From Tubiluchus corallicola (taxonomy: Eukaryota > Animalia > Priapulida), in contig JAQGDQ010000147.1 of NCBI GenBank assembly GCA_030141605.1, positions 124,001 through 188,000 on the forward strand: a stretch of 64,000 nucleotides of DNA. The letters are read 5' to 3'. Positions 38,517 to 52,500 of this stretch are shown here, piece by piece. The position numbers were made by a program, and so were the translations under genes. The notes under the pieces are model-generated. The model had not been told where the DNA came from, did not search any database, and was given only the letters and a program-made list of their open reading frames with translations. How positions within the stretch are numbered: the stretch's first letter is position 1; each line of letters starts with the position of its first letter.

Positions 38517-41500
38517 ATGAAGCAACCAAAGATCGTTGTTGTTGGGGCCGGCGTTGTTGGTCTATGTACGGCTGTTCGTATCCAGGAAGCTGTGCCCAGC
38601 GCAGTGGTTACAATTGTTGCAGATAAATTGATGGACGATACAACTAGTTTTGTTGCTGGTGGAATGTTCAGACCTCACACACTGAATAGAAATCCCAGCG
38701 AAGTGTGCAGGTATGCTATTCTGTGTATAATAACTTTTGGTAACGTTTTAACTATTTCAGTTGTAATATAATAACAGTAGCGCAAATCACTACAGCAGCA
38801 TGAAAAATTTTAGTTTATAAATGCACTTCAAGAGGTCCACTATATACTGGATCCAGGACGAAAGCAGTGCTTACTCAGAGTGCTGTTAGTGGTTTGAGCT
38901 AAGTTAATTATTAAGGGTTTTGCAAAGGTGATTCACTGAATCAGCAGAGGTGTCTGAGCCACGTGGTATTTGCGAGGTAAACAGGTAGGGTAAACATCTA
39001 GAAGAAGCATCACACTCAGGTGGCCACATACTAGTCACATAGAAAGCACCCACCTATCCACTTGGCCATGAACTTTGCCAAATTGCTACAAGTTGAGACT
39101 CAGTAACAGAAGCTAATGTTACTTTGATCTTTCTTGATTCTGATGCAGTTTTATTATCAATGAGCACATTAAAATGCTAATTTTTAATACTACAGTCATC
39201 ACATAGCCATTGTAGTAAAATAATTCATTTATCTCTTGTTTTTATGGAAGTGTTGTTGTTACACTGTATGATATGTAGTAATTGCTTACTTACATTAGTT
39301 TGTGCAGTTTATGTAGTAGCTGTTTATGCACAGTCGAGCTTTGAATTTATAGATGTATACATTATTATTATTATGCCCTTGTGCAGTTTAAATTTTCGTT
39401 TTAAACATTTTTCTTTCATAGACGTTGGATTGAAGATTCCTTTAAGGAGTACTCACGCCTCGTTCACTCAACAGAAGGTAAAGAGGCTGGAGCAACGCAG
39501 TTGTCACAATATATTTTTGACGACGAACCTTACGTGAGTTTGTAAAAATAATATTAGGTGATATTTTCAAATTATTGTGGTGTTAGTAAGGATTTTATTT
39601 AATAATTTTTTAATTTCTTCACAAGTTTTGTGATGTAATATCATTATGTTTGGAATAAACAAGTGAAATTTCTATCATGCATGTGTGCTTAGATGAAATG
39701 TGATACAAACAGGGAGTTCTAGAGGAAAGCCAACAGTGTTTTATTTTTTTTGTTTCAGACAGAGGCAGGCTTGGATATCATATACGGCTGTAGGGAACTC
39801 ACAGAAGCTGAAAAATCGGCTTTTCCTGTGAAATGGAAGTAAGGAAAGACTTTGCTGTTGTTTTTGTCCATAAATGAATCATCAAAATGCCTTTAATTTT
39901 AGAGTTGTCGAAGGTTGTCTGTTGACTGTCGTCAAAGTCGCATTACTTATTGATTTTTAAACATTGTCTTTATTAACCCTTTGCTAATTTAATTTTTGCA
40001 TCTTAATGTTCAAAACTCATCAAAGGCATTAAATCAGGGCATATTTCTTTAGCTTTGTTTTTTCTATTACACTAAGTCACATTTTTCAGGCATGGCATAT
40101 TTCTTACAACTTTGCTGATAGAACCCAGATACTATATGCCATACTTATTGAAAAGGTAAGCCTACCTAGACAAAGGGAATGGTCAGGCTTTGTTAAATAA
40201 ATTTTTAATGCGTCTATTTTTTTTGTATGTGTTAATATTTTGATCTTCAAAGATACTTTTGCTAGCATCATATTTGTAATCTGTCACTATAATACTGCTA
40301 GTTTCATTCTTATGCAATGATATTATTTTGTAAAGTGTTTCTAATTCATATGTTCAGCGTGTTGAATAGTTAACTTTTAGTAGTCGTAGACTTTATGGTT
40401 GTAGACTTTGTTGCTCTGTTACAAATTAACCTTTGAATAAATTAGGTTTAAGAGCAAAGGAGGAACTGTGGAACAGAGACGAATACATAATTTTGAAGAG
40501 GTAATTGTTTACTGTTTTTTGTTAAATCACTTAAATAAATTGTACTTGAAAAGTAAAAACAAATCTTTAGTAAACTGCCTACATTTTGAACATCATAAAT
40601 TGGATTTTGCTAAATGTATATTATTACAACTGGTTTTCCATTTGCTTTAGATTTCTGTTTGGATTTTTAGTTTGTTGGCAAATGTGATTTGGTGGCAAAC
40701 TGCACTGGTCTCGGCGCACGCTTACTTGCCAATGATAATAAAGTCTTTCCAGTAAGAGGTCAAGTGTTTCGGGTAAGTCTTTTGATGGAGTCTCTTTTTC
40801 GAATTTCTGGCATTGTCAAGCATGCCTGCATCCTTAAAAATTGCAAAAAAACATATTGGCTAATTCTGCTAATTGACTAGATTTTCTAACAAAACTACAG
40901 ACTAATTAGTCGTGTTCTTAATTCTTAAGATTGTTATTGATGATGGAATAAACCCAAAGTTGTTGAATTTTGAAACCAAGTTGGCTTGGGAAAAAGAATT
41001 AGAATGATCACTCAAGCTTGGTAGTCTAACTTTTAAGACATTTGCCTTGTAAGCAAAAAGTCTCCAGTTCAAATCAAGGCTATGTCCTGACTTGTTCACA
41101 TTTCTTTTCTTTCCAGCAAGCTTTGTTTCAAAATTTGTACATTCTAACACAAGTGCGTACATTGGTGTTTTCATGTGTTTGACAGTGTGATTTAGATTTT
41201 GACTTGTAACAATGAAAGTATAAAGTCATTTGTAAACAAGAACCTCACTTGAGATAAGAGTTACAGCTCTTAGATCTTTTTTTAAGCTGTAACCAGTGCA
41301 TTGCAGCTTTCCATCAATCTTTCTAATCAAACAATGTTTTTCATAAAAGACAAAAATGTCAAGGCCATTTCCTAAGTAAACATTACAATGACAGTACTGC
41401 TGTGCTGGTTGTTATTTCAGGTGAGAGCACCTTGGATAAAACATACAATCTATGGGTCATTTAAAGACAGGTTTGATGCTTATATAATACCGCTGTAAGT

Positions 41501-43575
41501 ATGTACATTGCTGTTGTTATTTCTTACAAGTTTTTGTGAACTCGATACTTTGGTACACAGGATATCACTATTATCATTTTATAGTTCTAGATTACAGTTA
41601 AATTACTGTATAATATGAGTGGCAGAAACACGTAGGTGTTTGCTTTTCTGTGTCTACTTGCTTTCTGACGACACACGATCACCCCAGTCGTTTTATTACT
41701 ATTTAGCACAATCGAGATTGTCCATGTGTCAACCTCATTCAGTTTTGTCTCATTCTTTTGCAGGCAATTATAAGCATAAATTGGTAAACCCTTATCTCTG
41801 CTATTAGAATTTTAAAGTTCTATTTTTCCATTATTTTTTTGTTTGGTTAACACTTTGTTTCAATGCAAACACCACTATGCAAACAGTTCAATGAAGTCTT
41901 TAAACTATTGTGAACAAGTTTCCCAACTGAACTGCTGTGAATTCATAATGTCAGCTCTGGTTAGAAATTCTATTACGAATCCAGTATAGATGTTGCATTT
42001 TAATTTATAACAACATCTGATTGTAACCTATTATTTTAAAAAAAATTAGAAAGTTGCCTTTCTGCTTGACTGCCTATAAATCGAGAATTGCTATCACATT
42101 CAAACTGTGAAGTAGACTGTTCTTCATGTGCTGCTGACATGGTTGCACTGACAAAAACAATTAATTTGTAAAAAATGCGTGACAAGAAAGTTGCGAGCAC
42201 ATGTGCAGACTATAATATGCAGACTAATGAGTAAACAAACTGCATGGCGTCAAATAATTAAAGATCAAGTCATTGTCATCATATTCGTTTCAAAGATGTC
42301 AGTTGTGCTGGAAGCAATAATGCTTTTTAAAGCATTTATCGCACAGTTTCACTAACGATAAACAAAAAAATAGTCCAAGTTGTACATAGAGCATCAAAAA
42401 TTGTGTAATACTCCTATCAATGAGAATGTGTTCATGACTTTGGATAATGCTTTCATATGATTGACATTTTTTCTAACTGCAGTTAATTAAATTTCTCATT
42501 TTTGATATTAGCACTGCCGTGTATGTGGTACGGTTTTCCACTGAACTAGCTGCACAAATCCCTGTGTTATTAATTAAACAGCTGATATTACAAAATTAGT
42601 AATTCTTAGCTTGTACAAAAAAAGAATTAATGTGGCCATTTTCAGTCGTGACACAGTTGTGGTCGGTGGATGCAGACAAATTAACAACTGGAATACATCA
42701 GTCAACAAGGATGACAGTGAGAATATATGGAAACGATGTACTACTATGGTGCCTAGCTTAAAGGTAATTTTGTGGCCGAAACTCATTAAATTAACTTGTG
42801 CCTTTTTTAGCTGTTATTATCTTAATTACTCAGATTTTATGATTGAAATGTAATTTCTCAAGCTTATATACTCCGTGAATCAGTAAATATAATTGAAAAT
42901 CAAAACTTTTTTATGTTTTGAAATTATTTGGTATGTTTAGCATGCCGAAATTGTTGGTGAATATGTTGGACTTCGACCGTATAGAGATACTATTCGAGTG
43001 GAAGCGGAAACTATGAAGTTTCCTTCTGGATCGGTTAAGGTAAACTGTTTTGGCTAATCTTAACAGGTGCACAACGTGATGAGTTTGACTTTCCTAATTT
43101 TTTGTTTCTGGAGTGAATTACTACCACAATTTAATATATTGATTTTCAGTTTGTCTTTGTGCCTTGATAGTTTGCTTCATTAGTGATTGATATGTATAAA
43201 CAGACTAAAACTTTGTGGCTTCTAGTCAGCTGTTGGACACTAAATGGACAGGTTTGAATGCTGTTAGGACCTCTGCAGCTTGAGCCTGTAGCAAATTCTA
43301 ACCATGCCTCAACAGTTAAGTGCATTCACTAATGTTGCAGTACTGAAACATTTGTACTTACGACATTATTCATAGTTCCTGTTAAATATATTTGCTTTAC
43401 TAATGTACTAACGCTGCCTTGATTGTGTGGCTGCATGATTTTTGCCTGTGTTTGAATACAGGTTGTGCATAATTATGGACACGATGGTGCTGGAATCTGT
43501 TTCGCTTGGGGAACTGCAGGTACTGCAGCTGAGTTGGCAGCTGCATCGCTCTGGAAAATCAGACCAAAACTCTAG
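38517..43575 (+). CDS. DDO: D-aspartate oxidase / D-amino-acid oxidase family flavoenzyme, isoform using terminal exon A (337 aa)
   Basis: Exons 38517-38710, 39422-39533, 39759-39838, 40090-40155, 40446-40500, 40671-40772, 41421-41494, 42646-42763, 42941-43039, 43462-43575 (1014 nt, phases consistent). Motifs: GAGVVG FAD-binding, VANCTGLGA, PVRGQV, APWIKH, YIIP, VGGCRQ, GLRP, VVHNYGH. The Arg in GGCR resembles DDO (GGTR); DDO versus DAO is not certain. Confidence 0.93.
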
Positions 43576-44645
43576 TGACGGTATGTATTGTGTTGTAGGC
43601 AGGTTGCGTAGATTCTGTATTTATCAACTGCCTGCTAACGAAATAACACAATTTTAACCTTTAAACTTCAATCACTTATCCATTCTCTTAATGCATGGCA
43701 TTGTGTCACTTTAGAGAAAGAATAGTTTAAGAAGTAAAAAGTTCCTTTTTATGAGTATCGAGCTGGCACACACTGTAAGAATGTCTTGTTGTTGTATTTA
43801 AGCAAAATTCGCTCAAAATATGAGGATCAAATGAGTTACCCACATTTTGTTTTTATGGCCTGTAGCTTTGCTGGGGTGCCCTCTAGTGTCTGTTGATCAG
43901 TGGTTCTTATTTATTATGTACAATCTTGAAATAACCTAATGTCAAGTAACACATTTTGCCTCGTTGCAAATTTCCAGATCATGTTTCCTGTCTTTACCAG
44001 AGGTCCAAATTTCAATCCTGTCAAAAACACGTATTTAACAGCAACGCACTGTACTTTAGAGCTTTTCCTATATGTATTTTATAATGTATTTAACACACTC
44101 ACCATCAAGAATGACATTAAAATTTATTTCCTACCTCTGTTCTCGCCCCCGATAACTAAGAATATGACCTGTAATTGCTTTAAATGCAATGACAGTTTGA
44201 ATGAGAGTTACATAGACTAAGTCTCGTAGGACTTTTGGCTTGACAAATGCCAAAAACAAGGACGACTTGTGATGCTCACTATTGACTCTCCCAAAATAGT
44301 AACTTCACAAAAATAGGCACTAGACAATTTCTATTTATTATTTTTCTTTTCTGCTGTATTTCTTTTATTTGCATGGAAGCATACTTGTTATAATTCACAA
44401 CTTTTTACAAGTGAGTAAAAATCTTTTCGGCATTTACGTAATATTTCATAATTTTCGTTGCATCTGGTTATGACAGGTGAAAATTTGTTTAACTTTAAAC
44501 AAAGTGCTAATTTATGTAAAATAGGTAGCCTTTTTCGGCGGGAATGTGTGATAAACAATCTTAGGATTGAAATTGGAATAGCATCATGTTTGCACACCAT
44601 TAGCAAGTGTGAATCTAATTTTATAAATACTTTCATTTGTGACAG

Positions 44646-44759
44646 GTGGTGCACAATTATGGGCACGGTGGGAATGGAATTTGCCTTGCTTATGGAACTG
44701 CTGTGCATGCTGCAAACCTGGTACAGCAGCAACTTGCTTTGAGAATTTCTAAACTGTAG
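44646..44759 (+). CDS. DDO: Alternative (duplicated) terminal exon B of the D-amino-acid oxidase gene
   Basis: Acceptor tttcatttgtgacag|, phase 0, VVHNYGHGGNGICLAYGTAVHAANLVQQQLALRISKL*; same 114-nt length as exon A; canonical PTS1 -SKL; AATAAA at 44891. Confidence 0.88.
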   Translation: MVHNYGHGGNGICLAYGTAVHAANLVQQQLALRISKL

Positions 44760-45461
44760 GTTTCTCCACAAGATGCGCACATTTTTACGTTTTCGCTTAT
44801 TTAATAATACTGAATAGGCTGGAAATTTTATTTTAAAAGATAAGCAGAACAATTATTATGATTGATAAATGCAGCGTGATAGTTGCTATGAATAAATATT
44901 TATGTAGGTAAGACCTAATTACGCATGTCTAATTACACATTATAATATTGAAATTGTTTGTTAATGAAAACTGCAATGTTCTTATCAAAGAAAGAGTATA
45001 TTAGCAGAATATTCATACCATCATTTAGTTTAGTAAATTTGTACTACATTTTAGAAGTTTGTATGAAGCATAAATAGTGGAAAACACAAAACCTTATGGT
45101 TTTAGACTTAAGTTTTAGGTGCTCCTTTATTACTTTTTTTCTTAACAGTTAGAACTACATTATAAATTTGGTAATGTAATTTTTATAGGAATGTTAGTTT
45201 TAAGTTTACAAAATGCATGTTATTGTCTTTCTATAAGACAATTTTTTCATAAATGGTAGTTAAAATTTTGATATGAGTAGAAGTCAAGGCAACATCAAAT
45301 CACGATAGTCAGTGTGACTCTATAACTCTTAAACTTTTTGCTTTGACTTAGAGTTGTGAATTTAAATAGTGTTTATTGCAACATTAACTACTGGTGCTTA
45401 AAGAAGTGTAATGTGTATAAAGTGTATAGAAATGTAATAAGTATAAAGAAGTGCTTGAAGG

Positions 45462-46175
<714 letters not shown>

Positions 46176-46229
46176 ATATGATGTTCTAAGACAGTTGCTG
46201 TTTTTCAGATCATTGGCTTCTTGTGTTTG

Positions 46230-47200
46230 CCTGGAGTGATTATTGGTAATGTTGAACTTACTAAATCGCCAGAAAATGACACATTAAAGGTGCCTTGCTG
46301 AAAAGCTCCACGTTTTTATCCACTGACTGAGAAATTAGTCTAGCGGTTATATATTGAGTTGTTACAATTGTATCGATTGTACTAGCACCCATTATTGATT
46401 TAAACGTTTCATCATCTGATGCCACTATATCAAATTTTCCATTAGTATTAACGCTTGCATTATGCAGTATATGACCATGATCATTTGTGCACTTGTCCTT
46501 TGTAAAGTGCACAAAGCATTGATATCACCTACTGCCATGACGCCATACAAACTATGCAATTGCATCTTGGAAATTAATTAACCGTTCAGTGCAAGCTTCC
46601 AGAGAGTTTGGCATAACATAAGTTCAACCTACTAGTAGTTTAATGTTCATTATATTAATGATGACCCAGACAACATCAATGCCTGGATTTTCTAACTTGG
46701 GAACACGACAAATGATAATATTGTTTCTTGCAAGTGAAGCGCAGCCACCTGAAATGCCCGTGACATGATTTACCATACTATCTGTAATTACTAAGACCAA
46801 ATAAGTTGCTGTCTTTACGAGAATTTTGGTTTCCTGCACACAAACCAGGTCACATTTAATGGCATATTTAATGGAATTTAATTGTCTAAAGCAATATTAG
46901 ATTGAGCAGAAAGAAATTTATATTAATTTGCAAAATGCTAACTTTCATAAGGTTTGATTATTGAACATAATTTTGTTTCAATTTTTCAGCTAATTTTTGT
47001 AAATTTCAGTCTTTGCTGCTGCTCGATTCGTGACTTTCCGTGCAGTTTGCACACTGTTTGGCTTTCTACAGCTAACTATACATTCTGAAGCCTTATGAAA
47101 AAGTGAACATTTACAACACATCAATTCTCTCGAACACCATTTGGTAGCGTAATGTAAGTCAGCTTGGGTCAGTCAAATGCACCTTTATGGTCTGTTTGTT
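46230..47200 (-). mobile_element. Degenerate LINE 5' portion: ORF1 CCHC zinc knuckles plus APE endonuclease domain
   Basis: Minus strand: CCKCSLFHKASEC and, after a frameshift, CANCTESHESSSSKD (~47020-47120, knuckle-like); then DLVCVQET, SGGCA, NDHG and ETFKSIMGASTIDTIVT (APE motifs) with stops and frameshifts. No RT domain follows; ends near the (GA)n tract. Confidence 0.7.
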
Positions 47201-49259
47201 GTCCTTTCATTGCTTATTAAACATCCAGTTTTTATATATTATGACTGTAATGTTTGTAAGCTGTGAGATAAACGAACCAGTAAGGTCATATTTGGCACAG
47301 TGACTGTTGCTAACAGCATCGTTTAATTAGCCTGCATAATTATCTTTAAATGGCTAGGTAACAGACCGTGGCAACACTCAAGTTAGTTAATGTTAAGGAA
47401 CGATAGAAGTGATAGAATACAGGTGATATTTTTCTCTTAAGAATTTTTTTTTTTTTGATAAAATGATTATGATTGTCATTACCTTGTTTATTAGAATGCA
47501 ATCAAATAGTATTTAATCGCTAATGTACTATACTATTTTTATCGTGTGTTAGAATGTTGAAATAAATCTTGGAGATTGTGGATGAGTATGTTGATACGGA
47601 ATGCTACATTTGTGCAGTTTTATCTGCTGCTTCTGCCTGTTTATGTTGACGATGTACATTAGGGGTGTCAGGGAATGACTACTGCCCTCAGCACAAAATT
47701 AATTGAAATGAACAAATAAAAACCCACAAAACTACAAGAAAGAATATTTTATTATTAGTAAAAAACACTACACTGCCATCATTTGTAGCTCTAACTTCAT
47801 GACTCATTTCTTCAAGAATTTGATTTTTGACAAAGAATCGAAAGAATTTAAAAACGGGTTAAATAGGGACATATACTGTAATTATGAAGATAGTAAAATA
47901 TTTTATATTAACTTGTAACAACTTTTTTAAGTATAACGGGGCAATTGTTTATGGATTTTCACAGTGAGACAAAAATCACAGAAAATATTTTTCAGAAATC
48001 ACAGAAAAAATTCTTATTCTTTCATATATTTTCGGAAATTATCGGCAAACCACGCCCACCAAAAAGGTCCCGCAAAAAGAAAATCGTGAAATTATTTTGT
48101 AAATGACCCATTTTTCTAATATTAAAAATCATGGATGAGATGAGAAGTTTGGGAACGGGGTTCGGGATGGGACTGGATGCTCGTGAACAAACGGTAATGC
48201 TCGGAAACGGGCTTGGGATTTGAGATAAGTTCAGGATTGAAATTCAGGGATTGTGATTGTGGCACCTCAATCATGGGTAACCCTGCTATTGTTTCACGAC
48301 ACCCTGTACGTACAAGCATGTGGGTAAGACCATTTTGGGTGGCAAGCTGATAACAAGAACAAAATAATACATTTTTAGTGATTTTAAAATATGAAACAAA
48401 CCCAGTTTGGTGTCTCATCTTAGAAAATTATGACAATCTTATACATTCTGATCTTGCCACAGTTAATTGTTGGGTGGTAGTTGTTGAAAAAAATACACAA
48501 AGTAGTTCATGCATGAATCACTCAACACGGAGAGCCTCGATATGCAGTGATCATGTTACTGAAGTCATGAATAAGAAAAAATATTTAACATTTTTTGCAA
48601 CTACCTTCTTTGGCTTGCAAGCTGATTACAAGAACGAAATGATATTTTCTAAATGCTTTTAAAATATGAAACAAGCCCAGTGCTCACTAAACTTCAAAAA
48701 AATCAAAACTTGCAAAAATGCATATCGCAAAATTTTATTTACAAAATGTTAGTAATTCTGCAATAAAAGTAAATATAGGACAATTTAATAATAAAAAGAT
48801 CAAGAAACTGTAAATTTGGTGATTAAAGTGAGTTTTTTGTTGCAGTAACACTTCTGCATGTTGTCACAGAACAATGTATGACAGTTATGAGAATCCTTTA
48901 GCAAAAGTCATTCTAAAATAAATACAACAGTTATCAGTCTAAACTTATCTACCAAAAAAAAACTATAGGACAAAATGTATCAAAAATATAACTGAAAGCT
49001 TTAACATTACTTGTGAACCAAACAGTAAATTTCATGTAATTCAAATTCTTTGAGCAAGCATGTTATCTCTACCTGTTCTATAAGTGTGCAATGCATATTC
49101 CATGATGTCAGAGATCTTTATATTCACAATCTATTAAAATAACAACAAAGTAAAAAGACACAGTAATAAAGACTGACTCCAAATGAATGTTTGTGGTAAT
49201 AATAACATTACATTCTTGAACTTTATCATAAATATAGTTTTAGTATATCTATCATAAAC

Positions 49260-49590
49260 ATGATTTTGTGCATAGAGGTAAACTATGAGAAATTTTTGAT
49301 CACAGAACATACCTGTACAATAAGCATGATGAAAGTCTACAACTGTACATTTAAACATGATCAAAAACTACACCTGTATGTTTTGGTATGTTCAATGCAC
49401 ACATTTGTATATGCAAGTATGATCAAGAACACACCTGCACATATAAGGATGATAAAAGAACACTGTATATACAAACATGATCGAAGATAGTACCTGTAAG
49501 TCCAAGCACACACATGTATGTGTACGCATGATCAAAGAATAAACCTCTACGATGGTGGAAGCCACGTTTAAAGAACACATCTGTACGTGC
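49260..49590. repeat. Degenerate ~30-bp tandem repeat array in the CEP76 3'UTR
   Basis: Recurring units like tgatcaagaacacacctgcacatataagga, tgatcacagaacatacctgtacaataagca, tgatcgaagatagtacctgtaagtccaagca. Confidence 0.7.
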
Positions 49591-52500
49591 AGGCATACAT
49601 CACCCAGACAGCGCAAACATCTTCCGGAAAGACACAAATCTTGACTCTAATTGCCAACTTCATTGAATCGCCACGGCAGTTGATTATCTCCAAACATTTG
49701 TCATACCTTACGAATAAAAATAGTCGGTGCTTTATAATTTTTAAGCGTTTAAGCCTTTGTAACATTTGCACAGAATGTTACAATATAAACAAGTAAGTTT
49801 TTTAGATCTTACTCAAACCTCAAGCCAAATTAAAATTTTACAATAACAAGATCCAGGAACTTTAAATTTAAAGCCAGACTGTCACACATCAAGAATCTAG
49901 ATGATTACATGACTAAATACAATTGCAAATGAACTGTTAATCCAAAAAGCCTATGTAAAAACATTTTGAGAATAAAAAGTTGAATTTTTCACATTTCAAG
50001 TAATCCAGTTACTTTCTTTTACTGCTCAAATTATACCAATTTCAACATTTGAAAAAGAATTAAACAAACTTTAGCGAATTGGCAAATATTCTACGGTGAT
50101 TCCTATGGAGATACTGAATGGGAAACCCTTTAAATGTGTGTCCATCAGGTACAGCAAATCTGATAGCATGAGCAAATTCTTCACTACCTGCAGTTACACC
50201 TAAATAAATAATGAAAAGATGCAAGAGTTAATGTACTGCTTGAGATATTATCAAAAAATCTTACTCCTATCCGAAAACAGTATTTAAGAACAATTTCTAT
50301 ATATTGACTATATTAAAAGTACATTATGTCTGTGCTTACATAGCAAAAACGTCCATAAGTAGACAATTAAGTTTTTCTAGTTACCCACACATCCTGAATC
50401 TCTATTTCATGAAGATTATTTTGATACTGAGTTCATCAAACTACGTTAATACTAAGCTTAGATATCCCATGTTGAAGTTGAGGTGCACCTTACGCACTGA
50501 AAAACAATTTCCACAAAAACAATTAGCAACTGTATGAAAGGGTGGTTGCTATGGACTTTGCAAAAGCATATTGAAGTTATGTTTAAATCCAGTATATGGT
50601 AGACTCTTGCAAAGGGTGATCTAGGCTTGACAGTAAAAAAACAGCAAGCAAAATAACAGCTTCCTCGAACTACTATCGGAGTTTTCCACAACTGTAGTAC
50701 TAGTTTTTAGGTACAGAAGTAGATAAGGTAAAAAATTTAATGTTTAATATTTTTTGAACAGTTTCCTGACGATTTGATGCTAGAATATAAATTCAATATA
50801 TTTGGAGTTTGTTTTTATAAAAAATATGATATTTGACCCAATTTTCGATGCATTCTACTTTGAAGCACCATAACGTAGTTTTAACTATACCTACTTATGG
50901 AAGGTTTTTGTTTGCAAGCACACATATAACAGCATTGTAGTGAAGTACAAGACAATTTAAGATGCCATCTAACTAATTCATTATTAGATTAACCTTCTTT
51001 ATTTGTGAATATCATTTGTCTTATTATATCATCGAGTATGGTTAGAATATATCTACATGAAACATAGTACATGTACAATGTAGATATTAATTACTTTTGT
51101 AGTGTGTGAACCTATATATATATATATATATATACATACATACATACATACACACACACACTACAAAACGTATCATATGGAAGGGTTAATAATCCACACC
51201 CAGTTAAATGAAAAAAGAAAGGTTTTAATACTTGATAGTTGTTACACACCTGTATTCCTTTCTATTTCATATGCAGCCAGAGCTGGAGTAAGTAAATAAC
51301 TGAGCCTTTCATCCCACATTGTTGACAGACCTTGATCCTGAAAAAGATTAAGTATACATTACTGAGAGTAAACAAACTCTGGAAAAATAAAAATGCATGT
51401 ATACCTTACAGATCGTGACAAAATGCAAGGTTGTCCAAGATTAAATTAGTAAAATTACAAAAAAATGATACAAAATTTTAGGAAATAATAACAACTTAGC
51501 GAAGACCTTCACAGATGTCTATACGTGGCTTCTTAGGAAAGCTTCGGGACAAAAGTGACAGATAACAGGCTTGATCTGTATTGCCTTTAGAGAATTTGCA
51601 CAAAACACCATAAAAGAATGCTACCATGACCAAAAACAGCTAATAGATGCGCTTGACTTCAGCTAATGCTGCCACCTCACCTATCTGGTACGTTATCTCA
51701 CCTAGCTAAAAACTTTTCTAACATATTCTTATTATCGACCAGTTTCACTTCAGACCAGAAGTTGCTATTTGTACCGGGAGATTCATTGTACTAAGCTGGA
51801 TCTTTCTGAGTCTCAAATATAATGTCGATAATAATATCAGCAAATGAACGAATAAATTTGTTTGCACAATTGTTTAGACTATAATTGTTAAAACATATTC
51901 TACCGTTCTGTGTTCTGTAACCAGTGCTTGTAACTGTAGTTCTAGATTTGCGCTAAGCAAAGGAGCATCCAATGTTGGAGCACATAGTGATATGGCACAG
52001 ACATACACCGGTTGAGAAATTGACGATAGTGTCTCCTTCGACATTGCCTTCCAGCGAGATTCATTGAGCAAATCAAAATGGCAGACTTCCACGGCTTCAG
52101 ACGGCTAAAAGAAAAAACTAAAATAAAACAATACCTCAAACAATAAACATAAAGATTACTATTTATTGTTTAATCAAGTTACATCAGCACAGCAAATGTA
52201 GATATTTAAACACACACTCTGCTGTTTGTGCTATCAAGAGCAGCTTTATCATTCTAATTATTTACAATAAACGGCCAATCAGGCAATACTAATGCGAAGA
52301 CATGCAATCGCATGCAGTGCATACTTTCTTTGTTTTCTCGAAAATTGTTCATGATATCTATTATCCAACACAGAATTTTTGTTACTGATATTTTGTGTCG
52401 ATTTAACAAATTTGCATGTTTGATTTACTTATTTGATTATTATAGCAATGTCACACTTCATAGTATCAATGTTGGCTTTGTTCACTGTAGCCAAGATTTC

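Noticed and set aside
43062-43080. cag|gtgcacaac (VHN) as a third oxidase terminal exon
   Set aside because: Intron would be under 30 nt and the following sequence lacks YGH.
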